In this document: piece by piece, positions 26,101 through 40,017 of the stretch | Numbering within the stretch: the first letter of the stretch is position 1 | Layout of the letters: the number at the start of each line of letters is the position of its first letter | Assembly: GCF_006345805.1 (NCBI RefSeq) | Contig: NC_043004.1 | Location: forward strand, 106,268,001-106,332,000 | Reading direction: 5' to 3' | Length of the DNA: 64,000 nucleotides | Origin: Octopus sinensis | Taxonomy: Eukaryota | Notes under the pieces: generated by a model | The model's database searches: none | What the model was told of the DNA's origin: nothing | What the model saw: the letters and a program-made list of their open reading frames with translations, nothing else | Made by a program: the position numbers and the translations under genes

Positions 26101-26607
26101 TTCAAGGCATTCCAACCCTGACCATTCTGTCTTCATTTAAACAGTCTATCTAGGACTAAGTTTTTGTTTTTTCAAAGCTAAAGGATGTGATGTGAGATTT
26201 GGTGTTTATCTCTAGTGGTCAATGTCCTCTATAGAGGTTCCTTCATTTGTTACTGGAGCAGTTTAGTTTATAAAACTATGGAGAATAAGAAAGAATTTCT
26301 CCTCGTACCTGAAATATAAATCGTTAGGTTATTGATAGCTGAGTGATTAGACAGTAATGCACATATTTGCATACATTACCTATCAGGAAGTTTGTTGCTA
26401 TTTTTAACTATCAAAATATTGTCTATAAATGTTTACCAATTCATGTCCACACATAAACATACATAATGAAGTTTACCAGAGAAATGGAAGCTTGATTCCG
26501 ACCTGGCTTTCTCTTCATTAGGATTTGTTTATCTAAATTTTATATACATTCACACACACACACACACACATTATATAAAAAATCAGTCTGTCACTCATTG
26601 GATATAA

Positions 26608-26610
<3 letters not shown>

Positions 26611-26677
<67 letters not shown>

Positions 26678-26710
26678 CCTCCCTCCCTCCCTCCCTCCCC
26701 CTCTCTCTCC
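26611..26710. repeat. (CT)n/(CCCT)n microsatellite
   Basis: Seen directly. Confidence 0.95.
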
Positions 26711-26921
26711 AAGATACCAGCCATGAAGTGATAGAGCTTTGGATAAGATTACTGAGTGTTTCCGTATTATTGAAGGCTATCTCAGATGGGCGATAAGACA
26801 TGTCTTTTATTACATATGATAATAATGCTTCGCAACTCGCAGTGGATCAGAGATAGAACTCCTAATAACCAACAGTTTTTCAAAAGGTTTAATGTGTACG
26901 TTTGTGTCAGAGGTGTCTTTC

Positions 26922-26962
<41 letters not shown>

Positions 26963-27263
26963 CGCTTGTCAAGTATTACAGAGCTGTCTCTGTTTATCTT
27001 GAAGTTCTAAAGAATACTTTTTTCACCAACACCCTTACTCTCTTACTCTCTATGCTTACTGGACCTTATGGTAGTTTTGGTAGAGGGTAAGTTGATATTC
27101 TCTCTTTCCTCTTTGTCACTTTCCTCATATAGACACTTATTCATACATCTGTATCTATGTTTGTTTGCTACTCATACATACACAGAAATTACACAAAGAT
27201 CACACCCTGATAGTGAGTCTTACCTTAATGATAACAAGACGAGATCTTTTACATTTTTTGTTG

Positions 27264-27312
<49 letters not shown>

Positions 27313-27557
27313 ATTTGTGTGTAACAGAGCTAGGTAACTAATAGATTTATTTCATCTTAACAAATTAACCTAGAAAATGTTTCTTCAAACCAACCTAAAT
27401 CTTCTGGAACAATCCATTTCTATTAAAGGTATGCGTAGGTTACAGATTTAGTTCTTTTATTGATTAGACTATAAGCTCTTTCTATTTTTGCCTGTATTGT
27501 TTTTCTCTCAATCATAAACTGCAGCCCTGACCCTTCTTTATTAGAAGCTATGATTCT

Positions 27558-27955
27558 TATTTCTTTACTGCCCACAAGGGGCTACACACAGAGGGGACAA
27601 ACAAGGACAGACAAACGGATTAAGTAACAGTGCGTAATTGGTACTTATTTAATTGATCCCAAAAGGATGAAAGGCAAAGTCGACTTCGGTGGAATTTGAA
27701 CTCAGAATGTAGCAGTAGATGAAATACCTATTTCTTTACTACCCACAAGGGGCTAAACACAGAAGTGACAAACAAGGACAAACGGATTAAGTCGATTATA
27801 TCGACCCCAGTGCATAACTGGTACTTATTTAATCGACCCCAAAAGGATGAAAGGCAAAGTCGACCTCGGCGGAATTTGAACACTGAACGTAGCGGTAGAC
27901 AAAATACCGCTAAGCATTTCGCCTGGCGTGCTAGCGTTTCTGACAGCTCGCCACC
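27558..27955 (-). mobile_element. SINE with duplicated 3' part and a 17-bp target-site duplication
   Basis: TTAGAAGCTATGATTCT at 27541-27557 and 27956-27972; internal direct repeat 27558-27727 vs 27728-27908. Confidence 0.9.
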
Positions 27956-27979
27956 TTAGAAGCTATGATTCTAGCACTT

Positions 27980-28290
27980 TATTATTATCATCATTCTTTT
28001 AACTCGGGGTTTTCTTGGAACTCCTGAAGTCTTGTATGCAATGCAGGTTTGCTACCTGTAGCCTACAGTACCATGCTATCAGCTCTTTTCAACTATCAAA
28101 TACTTTCCTGATGATCCTGACCATGCCAAGGAGGCAAACCTTTTGTAACATTTCTACTGAGCACTATTCCCATTTCCTTTATATTATTCTTGATACCTTT
28201 TAATACTATCCTCAAGCACCCAAAAGCAATTGGCACTATCTTCACCATCTTCATTTTCCACAGTCAAGCTATCTTGCATTTAAGAGAGAT
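27980..28290 (-). mobile_element. 3' fragment of a non-LTR retrotransposon with a REL-endonuclease-type C-terminus
   Basis: Minus strand, with a frameshift: VKIVPIAFGCL...VEMLQKVCLLGMVRIIRKVFD, matching the VPIVxGxLG...LQKxxLLGTARILRKVL terminus of R4/Dong/NeSL-like elements; (AAT)-type tail. Confidence 0.6.
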
Positions 28291-28324
28291 CTATATATCT
28301 ATTTCTCGCCTTCTTTCTTCACTG

Positions 28325-28630
28325 TTAATGTTTGTTCCTTCTCGAGCCATGCCTGGCTCATAAGGGCTGGTTTCCTGGTTTCCTTGGCATATAAGTTCAC
28401 CTGGATTGGACGCCGGTCCGTCACAGGTGAGTTGCAAGATGCAGGAGGAAAGAGTGAGAGAAAGTTGTGGCGAAAGAGTCAGCGGAAGTTCGCCATCACC
28501 TTCTGCTGGAGCTGCGTGGAGCTTAGGTGTTTCGCTCATAAACACACACATCACCCGGTCTGAGATTCAAACCCTCGATCCCTCGACCGCGAGTCAGCTG
28601 CTCTAACCACTAGGCCATGCGACTCCACAC
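28325..28630 (-). mobile_element. tRNA-derived SINE with V-domain-like core
   Basis: Minus-strand head TGGCCTAGTGGTTAGAGC...GGTTTGAATC; CCTGTGACGGACCGGCGTCC..CCAGG core; possible CACTGTT target-site duplication. Confidence 0.75.
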
Positions 28631-31600
28631 TGTTCATGTGTCTAAAGGGGTACACAACATCAATTATAAAGCGCATGTAATTCACCTTATCCATCACCAC
28701 TAGGTTTTTTTATTACTATTAAAGCCTATGAAGTGAACTGCCAAGTCCAACTACATTACAGTATTAACAAGTTCGTCCTCAAAAAATATAGGGATGAATT
28801 AATCGTCCCCATGCATTTTGTAAATGGAAGAAATAAGATTCATTGACTCTATACTTGGCTCACAACAGCAAAACTTCCACCATCATGTATTTTTACTTTT
28901 TTGTTTAATCATCTATACCTTTCCCTGTAGAGAATACATGCATCTGTGCCATTTATTAGGATCAAATGCCTTCATATTTTTTTCTGTTCACCAGTCTAGT
29001 GATGATGGGTATGAGTACATAAATTTATATAGAAAAGAAGAAAAAAATACATACCCTTGCAGCATAGTCATGTAAACACAAGCAATAGTCAGTGCATTCT
29101 GGCCTGCTGAGCATTGTGGGTGGTCACCAGGGTGTGTTTTTGTTGTACAAGTAGAATTTTTCTCAGTGTATCTCGAACCAAATTATGCAACTGTCCTTCC
29201 TTTCTTTTAAGAATAAAGGATGTTATTTGAGAGAGATTGGCTGCTGTTTAGAGGCTCTTTAAGCTTCGTCTACAGTGTGTCTAAGATATAGGACTGCTGC
29301 ATTCGTTATTGGCATCAGCTACGCCTGTCTTTCTGTTTTGTTTATAGATGAAATATAGAATATAAGTAGGTGTTTATATCCTTCTAATTGAAACTTGATG
29401 AGACTGTTTAGAGGGAAAAATCTGGATTCTATTCAGTAATCAAATATTCAATCTATGGCATGCTGTAATCTTTGATGTTGCTCTAAATATGCTGGTTTCC
29501 ATCCAAAGAGCTGCCATTCCCAATCTTCCCCTTTCTTCTGTAGTTATCATCATTTTCTTCTTCAATCTTTCTGCAGCTATTCAATTAATTTGTTGGTTAC
29601 ATATCTACATCCCTGCCGTGAGGGTAATCTCCTGCCCTTGCTTTAGAGTTTAATTTAGATTGAGATCTAAGTAGACCCCAAAGCTTAGGTTTGCTATGGT
29701 TATTACGCTTGTCTATCTCTGTTACAGCAGGAACCATTTCATACATATTTTCAAGTTGTGAACGAATTTTGGAACATTTATTTTATTGACTCTGGAGAAA
29801 TAAATGACAAAGCTGAACTTGTCAGATTTTGAACTTGGTTCTGCAAAGTATCATGCTGGATACAAATTCACTTTATTATATCAATCACCTTTACTGACAG
29901 GACATCTGTATAGAATAATGCCAACCACTTGTAAGAAGATAAGCCAGAAGCAAGCCAAAAGACAGAGAGGGGATGGGGAAGCAGTTTTTAATCTCTAATT
30001 CTGTGTGTTACAAAAATAAAGAAGGATTTTATTCTATTTCATTGCCAATCTGTGAGTCATTTAGTTGACCCCACCCCTGTAAGAGAATAAAGAATGGTAC
30101 AGAACTACATTATTTACAGTTTACTTGTGGGTTGTTGATAACTGTATTGCACAAGTCTTAGAACCCCTCTCCCTCTCTACCCGCTCATCTGGTTTTACTT
30201 AGTGAATCATACAAAATACTAATAAGTAGTAGAAGGTGATGAAAGCATTATATAAGGGGGCATTCTTCTAACCTTCATGGAATTTTATTATTATTTCTTT
30301 CTTGTTCCTGTTGTATTTTAGCTTGTGGGATGTATAGAGATGTGTGTGTGGGGGGGGTTTGCTGTTGTTTTCTCTTGTGTCTTCATAGAAAGATAAAATA
30401 TCTTATAATTATGTTTCTTAGTTGAGCAGTAAGGAACCGTTTTGAGCTATAATTACATCATCACAGATCGTCCGATAACACAGTAGTTGAGGCTCGATAT
30501 AAATAGAAGTGAGGTAGATGTTTGTTTACTAGCATTCACCTTCAACCATGGTGACATTTTGTATCCTAAAACCTCAAGTTCTCTCTACATCTTGTTAATC
30601 AGATATATCACATCAGATCTGTTTAAAACCATTGAACATTCCTCATACATAAACCAAATGAAATACCAGCAGTTGGGCAATAATAGCTGGCAGTCATATT
30701 AGGAGACTTAACCAGTCACATTACAATCTTCAGGGTGAATATATTCAGATATGTGTCAATGGCAGATTGACTAAATCTGTAGAACATTGGACTGAATACT
30801 TTGCAGTATTTAGTTAGAACCTCTTACATTCTGAGTTCGAATCTGGCTACAATGTCAATAAAATATAATATCTAGTATTATGACTAATATAATTGATTAT
30901 AACTTTCCCACCAAATTTGAGGCATTGTACCGATGTAAGAAATCAAGAACAGTGGATTAGACAAAATGCCTTCTGGTGTTCATTCTGGTTATTTGCAGCC
31001 TGATTTGAAATCTCACTGAGGTCACCTTTGCCTTTTATCTTTCTGAGGGTCAATAAATTAATCTACCAATCAAGTACTGGAATTGATATAATCACTGGTA
31101 CTCCCCCCTCCAAATTTTTAGCTTTGTGTCTTTTTTAGAAACGTTATTTATTATTGTTGTGCTGTAGAAAATGCTTTGTGGTATTTATGCTCTGAGTCCA
31201 AATCTTGCTGTGATTGACTTTGCCTTTCATCCTTTTGGGATTCATAGAACAAAATACCAGCCAAGTACTAGGGTCAGTGCAATTGACTCCCTTCCCTCAA
31301 ATTTATGGCCTTGTGCCTATATTAAAACAATTCACATTGTTTACACAATTGCATCATTAAAGACGGGTTCATTATATTTTCTTGACTCAACAACTTCCTT
31401 TAGTTTCTCCTAGCCTCTAGTTAGGATTAACAGAGGTAAATCCAAAGTTTTTACACTAGACTCTGAAGGCAGAGCAAATGAGAGACCATATGTATATCGG
31501 TGGTTGTAAATTAAGAGGGTTACTGGAGACTATACGTCTTACACAGCTTGAAACATGCTGTACACACTATTCATTCTATATAGTTTGTTATATTGATGAC

Positions 31601-32779
31601 TACCATTCTATATAGAAATCTCAGAACAAGCCAAAGGCAGCTAAGCTTTGGAAGATAATTTAAAACGTGTTTGTGCATGTGATCATCATCATTTAGAATC
31701 TACTTTTCCATGCTCACGTAAGTCAAATGCAATCTTTTGAAGTAGATTGTCTTCCACCAGATGCCCCTCTTGTCACCGGCCTTCATCCTTTTCTAAGCCA
31801 GATAATACTTTTACTTAACTGCACCTGTTTTTCACAGGAGACTGGAAATAAGCAATTTCTCTTGTGTGACAATAAAGCTTATTTGCAACTGTTGTACTAG
31901 GGTACTCACAAACACAGGCAAATATACATACATTTACATACACAACAGGGCTTTTTCAGTTTCTGTATTCCAAATCCACTCACAAGGCTTTGGTTGACCC
32001 AGGGTTATACTAGAAGGCATTTGCCCAGTGTGCCACATCGTGGGACTGAACCCAAGGCCCACATGATTGGGAAGCAAACTTCTTAACCTCACAGCCATGC
32101 CTATTTTTATATGTGTGTGTGTGGTGTGTGCATGCATGCATGTAATAAGTTCTTTGTTTGGGACCTTGTAGGAAAAATTTAGTTCCCAGCTAAACAGTCA
32201 TGGAAGTTTGCCGAGTGTTCTTGTTGATAACATTATCTTGTCCACTGCAGTTGTCAAGATGCCATTCAAATTGACATTTATCAGGTTGTTAAAACTTGAT
32301 GACACCTTTTGTTTCCTATGCTATGACCTGTATTGAAATACCAAATATGTTATAGATATTTTGCTTATAAAGTGTATCAACTATGAACTATCATGACTGG
32401 AACATTTGGGGACTACTGTAGCTTTTATATTCTATCTAGTACTCTACTTGAGGATATAAACTTCAATAACGTGGCTTATTTTATCTATTGTCCAATTTGT
32501 CCTCCACAACACCACCACCCTCACATTGCACTGAGGAATAGATGGTCAAGGGATGTTACTCTTCTTGCCCTCTCTGATACACACTGATGTTAACACGGAC
32601 AGAAGTGCACTTTAGTTAACTGGTTAACTCTTTGCCTTTTCTGCTGCTCCTATAGACAGTTGTTCCTCTAAGCTGACTGGATGATATTCTTGTCAAAACA
32701 CTTCTCTACAAATATCATTATGCCTCTTAAGATTCCTATTGTGTTGCCAAGCCAAAGTTACTTGTAATGTTAATAATGA

Positions 32780-33195
32780 AATTATTGTGTATAGTGCTTA
32801 GGTGCACTACAGCTCATCAAAGGTGCATGTACACAGTACATAGAATTATGTACAAAAGCCAGGAAAGTGAACAGTGTATGAGTCATGATATACATATGTG
32901 AATGTATATGGAGGTTTTAAAGGATGCTATGTCTCGGCAACTAACAGCTGATGCATGTAGTTTGTTCCATGCTTCAGCAATTCTGAGTGTGAAAAAATGT
33001 TTCCGAAAGTCATGAGAACTGTGCTGCTTTCTGACTTTGTATGCATGCCAACATGTGTTAGACACATGGAGCTCAAAAAGGTGTTCAAAGTGGTTGTTGG
33101 TGCGATGGTTAATAATTTTTGGGGTGTTTGCTTAGTCAGTTGTCAGACATCAGAGCTTCAATGTATCAACACCCAGAGAAGCCAGGATTACATTT
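32780..33195 (-). mobile_element. CR1/L2-clade LINE, 5'-truncated 3' end
   Basis: ORF 32883-33065 reads NTCWHAYKVRKQHSSHDFRKHFFTLRIAEAWNKL, the typical TRGH...RKHFFSxRVVxxWNxL ORF2 C-terminus. Confidence 0.8.
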
Positions 33196-33364
33196 AGAAT
33201 TCCCTTTCTATTTACTTATATTTTATCTGCCTTTAACTTAAGATTTTCATGGGCTACCACTGCTTCTTTTGCTAAATCTATTTGGGATTCTTTAGAGAAG
33301 AAAATATTTCAATGCTAAACAATTACTAATCATTTGAAAAGTACAAATAAACTGTACCCTAGAG

Positions 33365-33631
33365 TAGAAGTCTCCAACCTCCAGGTTGTGGACAAGTCTT
33401 AGGTCATGGTTCATTTGGTACCAGGATACACAGAAAGCGTATCCTTTAAAATTTTATTTCTATTTTATTATCATAGTCTTCAGTGCCCGTTGTCTGTAAT
33501 ACATATGTATTATATATCTTATATACATGTATTATATATGTAATAATTAAATTATATATTCTGCACATTTTCCTGTCTTGTTATGTGTGTGATCTCCTGG
33601 TCTATGCTGCAAAAAAGTTTGGGGACCACTA
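33365..33631. mobile_element. hAT (Charlie-like) MITE
   Basis: 8-bp TSD CCCTAGAG at 33357-33364 and 33632-33639; imperfect TIRs TAGAAGTCTCCAA / TTGGGGACCACTA. Confidence 0.75.
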
Positions 33632-34762
33632 CCCTAGAGTATTGGTACACATAGTCTGCCACAACGCATATTCTAGACAGTGTCTCTCAGAAAAGACTAT
33701 TTAAGTGTTAGTTACTATTGTTTAACCCTAAGTCAGTCCTGATGAAGGAAATTTATAGTTAAACAGATTCCAGCTGTGACCATCCTATCATAAATAAATA
33801 TAGAAACAGTCAACACAAGATGGCATTATCCGAGTTCTTTTCTAAGAAATCTTGAAGAAGATTTAAATGCTATTTCTAGCTCATAAAGTGTCCATCTGGC
33901 CTCACTCTGTGCACCCACTCTGTCTTTTTATATGGCTGTCAGAACAACTTCTGCTCTTTTGAACTCTGACATGCTGCTTTACTCTACTCACTTGTCTCAC
34001 TCCAGTCACTCCAACTCAATGCACTTCCATCATCTACCATGCTAGGTTCTTTCATCAATGCTTCTTTCTCAACTCTGCATTCTTCTCTGGACATTCCCCT
34101 TACCTATTGACCGCAATTAATTCAAGATAAATACTGGTCACACTATTTCTTTCCCCTGTGAGTATAAAATCTCCGGCTTCTACCGACCCTCCTCTTTGTA
34201 AGAATTAGAAGAATGTTATCACTACTGATTTACAAAAGCACAGACTTCTTTTGTCAGATTTGAACACCAAAAAAAAACAACAAAAAAAAACTGACTGTTA
34301 ACTATTACATACCATAATTAATTTCAGTTTAAATCTCTGGTGTCTATTTTCACATATTTCTTATCTCTACCTGTAGCTGTTTTTTCCTTTATACTATTGC
34401 TGTTATATTACTGAAGATTGTCTATTTCAGTCCATTCCTGCCATTTTTCCAACAAGTTCTTTTCAGTCTGTTTCCTATTTTCATTCTATTCAGAAGCTTT
34501 TCCAAGTCTTTTTGCAACTTTTCTTATGTCAAGTATCTACGTATCAAGGAAATATGCTTGTCTGGACAATATCTTCTTGATCTACTTGCACTGCTGCAAG
34601 GGTTCTCAAATCAGTTTCTAACTTATATCCTAGAATAGTGAGGGTACAAGCTACAGCCGCATTTCTTCTGGTTTCTTTTCGAAATGTGTCAAGTGAGTCT
34701 TCTGTGTGTATAGGTAATGTTTTTAGGCAGATATCAAAGAGGATTGTCAGTAGGCCTTAGAG

Positions 34763-35206
34763 CAGGGGTGGAGGAGCTTTTTAGTGTGGCGGGCAAAAAT
34801 TTCCAAAGGAAAAGGTCCACAGTTCTAACTCTTATATCTGTGCAAATGTTGTATATATCAAATTCGATACACATTAATAAAGATAAGTTTAACATGTTAA
34901 GTTAATGTGTAACATTTTCATTAATACTGGCTCTGAATCTAGGATGTTTATATTACTTATGAGGTATTCTATATTTTTCAGCTAGAGAGTAGTTGGGTTT
35001 CAAGGTACAAACCTAGCAAACGGCAAATACCGGATGATTTCTGTTCAAGTCTAACCTTTCTAAGTTGTAGTGGGAATGCAACCTATGTCGCACCGTATAT
35101 TGTATAAATTTTATAATTGAAAAATTTACTATAGTTTATACATATGAGTATATCAGCCTGTAGGTATAATAAAGTGGACTTGCAGGCAAGGGTTACCCCA
35201 CCCCAA
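34763..35206. mobile_element. hAT (Charlie-like) MITE
   Basis: 8-bp TSD CCTTAGAG at 34755-34762 and 35207-35214; ends CAGGGGTGG / CCACCCCAA. Confidence 0.7.
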
Positions 35207-37647
35207 CCTTAGAGAGTGTCACTTGAAGTTAAGTATATGTGTGTGTATGTGTATAGTTGATGACATCAGATAAACTACTAATGTGGGAACGTTATTACAA
35301 TACATTATGAACCATATCTGTATCTGGCCTGGTGCTTAAGCTTGACAATTTCTGTCAATTGATTGTCATAACAATAGTTGCACATTTTGACTGTGCAGCA
35401 TACTGCACATGGTGCCATTGGGCTGGTGTTGGCTTATGCAATGATGATGCAACTGCACTAGCTTAAACCACTTTCAGTGTTGGCGTTCAACATCCTGTCT
35501 GGTTATAATAATGAAAGGACAAATCTGTGAGTGAAACATAAAAATTGTAGCATCTATTCTAAGCAATTATTCACTTTTCCATTTTCTATTGTTTGTAGTT
35601 TTTGTAAGTGTTTGCTTCTTTGATCAGTGGTGCCTCTTACTCTCTACAAATGTCAGCCTATGTATTAGTTTTGAAAACTCTCTTTTCCCTTTCCACTTGT
35701 TGAATGTCACCAATCTAATTTTCCAAATATCACTTTCCAAAACACTATGAAATGTCTTTCCCATGATGTTTTTATTTTTTCCTTTTTGTTTAAAATTTTG
35801 AGTATTTATATATTTATTTATTTTTAAATAACTAGTCATTTAATTCTTGAATTTATATTACAATTTATTTGACATGAGATTCTAAACTGAAATGGAGAGA
35901 AATTGCCAAAAAAAGAATGAGCGGGGTGTAGTTATTTTGCGTGATTGCATTACTGTGATATATCTACCCTATTCTAGGTCCCTTTTCCCTGCTGACTCAC
36001 CCATTAAATTGGTGGATTTTGTTTTCTCTGGTGATCGGTAAATGTTGTTGTTCAACCCAAGTCAGCTCTGCAGGAAAAGGTATACAATCAGACCTAACTG
36101 GGATAGATTGTGTGCATTTTCTGTCAGTATTCCAACCGTTACTTTCTTTCTTGTGTCTTTAGTCAACTTTCAGTATTCAGTTTTAGTCTTGGTTTTTCTC
36201 AATATTAAATCATCAAAGTTATTGGAGTGGCTGTCGAGGTTGAAGAATGCCAAGAGAAGATAACCACTAAGCTTAATGTAAACTCGAAATGATCGTTGGG
36301 ATTTATCTCCCTTGGTTCTGGACTACATTATTTTCTGTTAATTTCTGAACTAAATGTCTAGGAAACCCAAGTATTGTATCGATGTTTGTCCACTTGTGTG
36401 TGTAGTTGTCTCATTATTGATTGATGACCCCTTTGTCTATATTACCTGATTTCTAAAAATATATGTGAATAAAATTTGGGGTGTAAAAACTTCAATATTT
36501 ACGTTTTTTTAAGTTTCTTTTGTGATCCCTATAGAGTATCAATGTAACTTAAATACAAAAGTTTTTCTTATTTAGCTCCCAGGTCAGTCACAATCCAGTA
36601 GGCCTATGATAAAAAGCATTCCATCCAGGATCAGGTTTTTTTTTTTTTAAGTAGTGTATTTAAGAGTACATTATCCAATGTGCCCTTTTATGAAACAGTA
36701 GGGTAAGATTCAAGAGCAATGTTGCTGTTGTTTGTAACAGATCAAGTGATAACTTAAAAGCTCCCAAGTTCACATTTTCAAATTCTGTCCTACTATCTGC
36801 CTCCCAATCTCTAATTAGAGTAGAACTAATATTATCTATATAGTACTTATCTGTAATAGCGTCCTCTCCTGTAGCTGTGTTGTTATCCTCTACACCACTA
36901 GTATCGATATCCTTTTGCACTTGTACTGCTGCCACCATGTACAATATCCTTTGTAGAACTGTGATTTATTCAACCTTTAAATGTTTCAATATCCTTTCTA
37001 CTTAATTAAGCTTTCCAAATCAAAATTATGCTTCTTAGTGGTTTACTATTATCTTTGAAGGATATTTCAGTGGAAACCATTCAACAAGCCACCTCTGTGA
37101 ACCAGAGTTCTTTCCAAATTACTTCATATTCTCAGTGTGTTATTGGAACCCTTTTTGCCACTCTGCAAAACACATCCACACACACATGCACTTATATCAC
37201 TTCATATACTACTTCGGTTTTCAGTATCCCCTCTTATCAACATTATATCTGTTTGGAAAATTACACAATACCAACCTATTTACACTATTATCTCAATGGT
37301 ATTCTGTACTTTCTTTGCTGGCATCATCAAACCTAGGTTGTTTTCCTTTCTGACATCATCCTTCATTAGTAACATTTCATAATTCTTTGCCAAGATTTTA
37401 TTTCATGGCTCACTTAATTTGACCTTGTTTTCTTCTACTCTGTTTGTCTTTTTTTTTTTTTACATATAAAAATCTCACCCCCATCATTGTATTTTTATTT
37501 TCTCTTGATTTACTTTTGTTTTTTTTGTTGTTGCGTTTTTATCTTCTCAGAATCAACTTCATTTTTGTTTTGTATATTACAATAAAACTAATATCTTATG
37601 ACTTTCAAGTTTTCTGATCATTAATTTGGCTTTATACTATTTTGCAG

Positions 37648-37813
37648 ACCCAGGTGCCAAAAGAACCGCCACTGGAGGTTAGAGAAATAGAAGAAGACCG
37701 CATTTCTTTACGACCCATTGGTCCAGGTGTTCAAACCCTTGAACCAGATTCGATGTCCACTCTTGGTCGCCCAACTACACCAGCTTTCCCCGTCAGCCCT
37801 GCATCAAGTGTCG
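37648..37813 (+). CDS. TNS: Tensin-like gene, exon D (phase 0/1)
   Basis: TTTGCAG|ACC; encodes TQVPKEPPLEV...LGRPTTPAFPVSPASSV; donor G|GTGAGT at 37814. TPAFPVSP is a tensin motif. Confidence 0.88.
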
Positions 37814-37971
37814 GTGAGTCTTCAGTTCTTGATTATCAGTTTCTTGGATTTTTGCTTACTTTCATTTAATCATAAAATTAATAATAATAATGTTCATGAG
37901 ATTATTATACACACAGCTCCAGTGCACTACAATAATGCTGATTGATGATAATCATTATTCTCTTTTTTTAT

Positions 37972-38032
37972 ATGTACACACATACATACATGCATATATG
38001 TCTATGTGTATACATACATATATTTATTACAC

Positions 38033-38075
<43 letters not shown>

Positions 38076-38380
38076 TATATATACAAGATATATATAATAT
38101 ATATATACACATATATATAATATACACACATATATATACACATATATACACATATATATATAATTACACATATATATACACATATATACATATATATATA
38201 TATACATACACATATATACACATATATACATATATATATATATACATACACATATATATACATATATATATATATATATACATACACATATATATACATA
38301 TATATATATATATATACATACACATATATATACATACACATATATATACATACACAATATATACATACACATATATATAC

Positions 38381-38420
<40 letters not shown>

Positions 38421-38465
38421 ATACATATATACTTGGTGTGTGTGTGTGTGTGTGTGTATATATGA
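37972..38465. repeat. Compound (TA)n/(CA)n/(TG)n microsatellite
   Basis: Seen directly; source of the Y/I-rich spurious ORFs. Confidence 0.95.
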
Positions 38466-39046
38466 AATATAATAATGATATATAATGAGCTTATTGTATA
38501 CAGTGCTCAGGTACAGTACATAGAATTAGTTAACAATGAATGAGTCATTCCTGAATAAAGGATAATATTCTACAGAAAAATGCTTTGATATTTCAAAGTA
38601 TATAGGAGTATTCTTGCTACCATTCTTCCTGTGCGTGTGATTTGTGTGTGAGTGTGTGTGTGTGCCTTATGTTTATGAAATAGCAACAGTCACCTCTTCA
38701 CCTGTTGCCTCATCATTTACCCATTCTGCCAAATCACTTCATTTTCATTCTCTTTTTTTCAAAGGTAACATGTTTTCCCTCATAACAAACATGCAATGTT
38801 TCATCCAGTCTGCCTCATACATGTTTGGTATTTTGTCTATTTTGAGAATAATTGTCTGCGTGGTGGGAATTTGAGCCATAATTTGTGTCTGGTTTCTGAA
38901 AGATAAAACAATTCAAGGCTGTTTGTTCAGGGGCTTAAGTCTGATGTAAAGAAAGGAAGAGAAAAATAAACAGAAAGAAAAAGATTGAGAATAACATAAC
39001 AAATGGACCATAATTCTTAAAATGTGGTTTATATGAAATTCTCGCT

Positions 39047-39213
39047 GTAATGATAATGATAATAATGATAAAAACAATATCAATAATAATAATAATAATA
39101 AAAACAATATCAATAATAATAATAACAATACCAATAATAATAGTAATAATAATAATAACAATATCAATAATAATAATGATGATGATAATAATGATAAAGT
39201 TAATGATGATAAT
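39047..39213. repeat. Degenerate (AAT)n/(GAT)n microsatellite
   Basis: Seen directly. Confidence 0.9.
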
Positions 39214-39918
39214 TACAGCCTTAACTTAACGGAGGAAATTGAGATGATTATGTTGTTACTAAAGGTAACAGTGAAATAGTGGAAGTGATATCATAAAGAA
39301 TACTAATTAATCCTAGGTAGGAATAGCAATAATAATAACAACAACCACAATAGTAATGATCACAAAAATCAGTTGAACAACAAACAGCAACAATGGGTTT
39401 AACTCGTTAACCTGAGCATGATGGAATGATATTTGAAACCACAACCCTGGTGATTGTATTGCTTTACTAGCCCTTACCCCCCTTCACCTCAGATCTCGTT
39501 TTAATGTGTGTGTGTTTTTCAGTTTCTTCACTGTCCATCACTGTTATGTTTTTGTATTTGTTTTTATCACCACTGCACTCAAACCAGTTGTTTTGTTATT
39601 TTTATACTGTCTTGACTCTCCTTCCCCGACTCATGCATGTCTCATCTTTATTTGCTGGTTCACCTTCAGGAACCATTTGTGTAATTTTCCATGTTTGAAT
39701 GTGATTACTTCTTTCATTCCTTCTTTCATTCCTTTTTCTTTCTTTCCTTCCTTTACTGTTTTGTTTTAATTTTTTGTGTAGTTGTAGTAATGTTTTCCTT
39801 GTAGTTTGTAGCTGACTTTTTTCAATGATTATTTTCTCAATTTTTTTTCTTTTTCTTATTAAAGCATGTTTAGTCACATGAATGTTATTTTTTTCTACAC
39901 TTGTTTCCTATATTTTAG

Positions 39919-40017
39919 CAACCCCTCCTTTCCCAGTGTCACCTGGTACGCCTTACGTCAACCCAAGTAGTCCTTTTGGCCATTCTAATTACCATTTTAG
40001 GTCTCGTGGCCATTCAG
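39919..40017 (+). CDS. TNS: Tensin-like gene, 99-nt exon E (phase 1/1), absent from the ORF track
   Basis: TTTTAG|CA ACC CCT CCT TTC CCA GTG TCA CCT GGT ACG CCT TAC GTC gives (A)TPPFPVSPGTPYVNPSSPFGHSNYHFRSRGHS; donor CAG|GTAAAC. Matches the tensin FPVSPxTPYV motif. Confidence 0.85.

Noticed and set aside
36660-36944. 94-aa acidic minus-strand ORF
   Set aside because: No recognisable domain, no convincing splice signals, and its 3' half lies in a decayed repeat.
37890-38485. Long Y/I/H/T-rich ORFs on both strands (also 45572-46685 and 59472-60106)
   Set aside because: These are translations of microsatellites that happen to lack stop codons.
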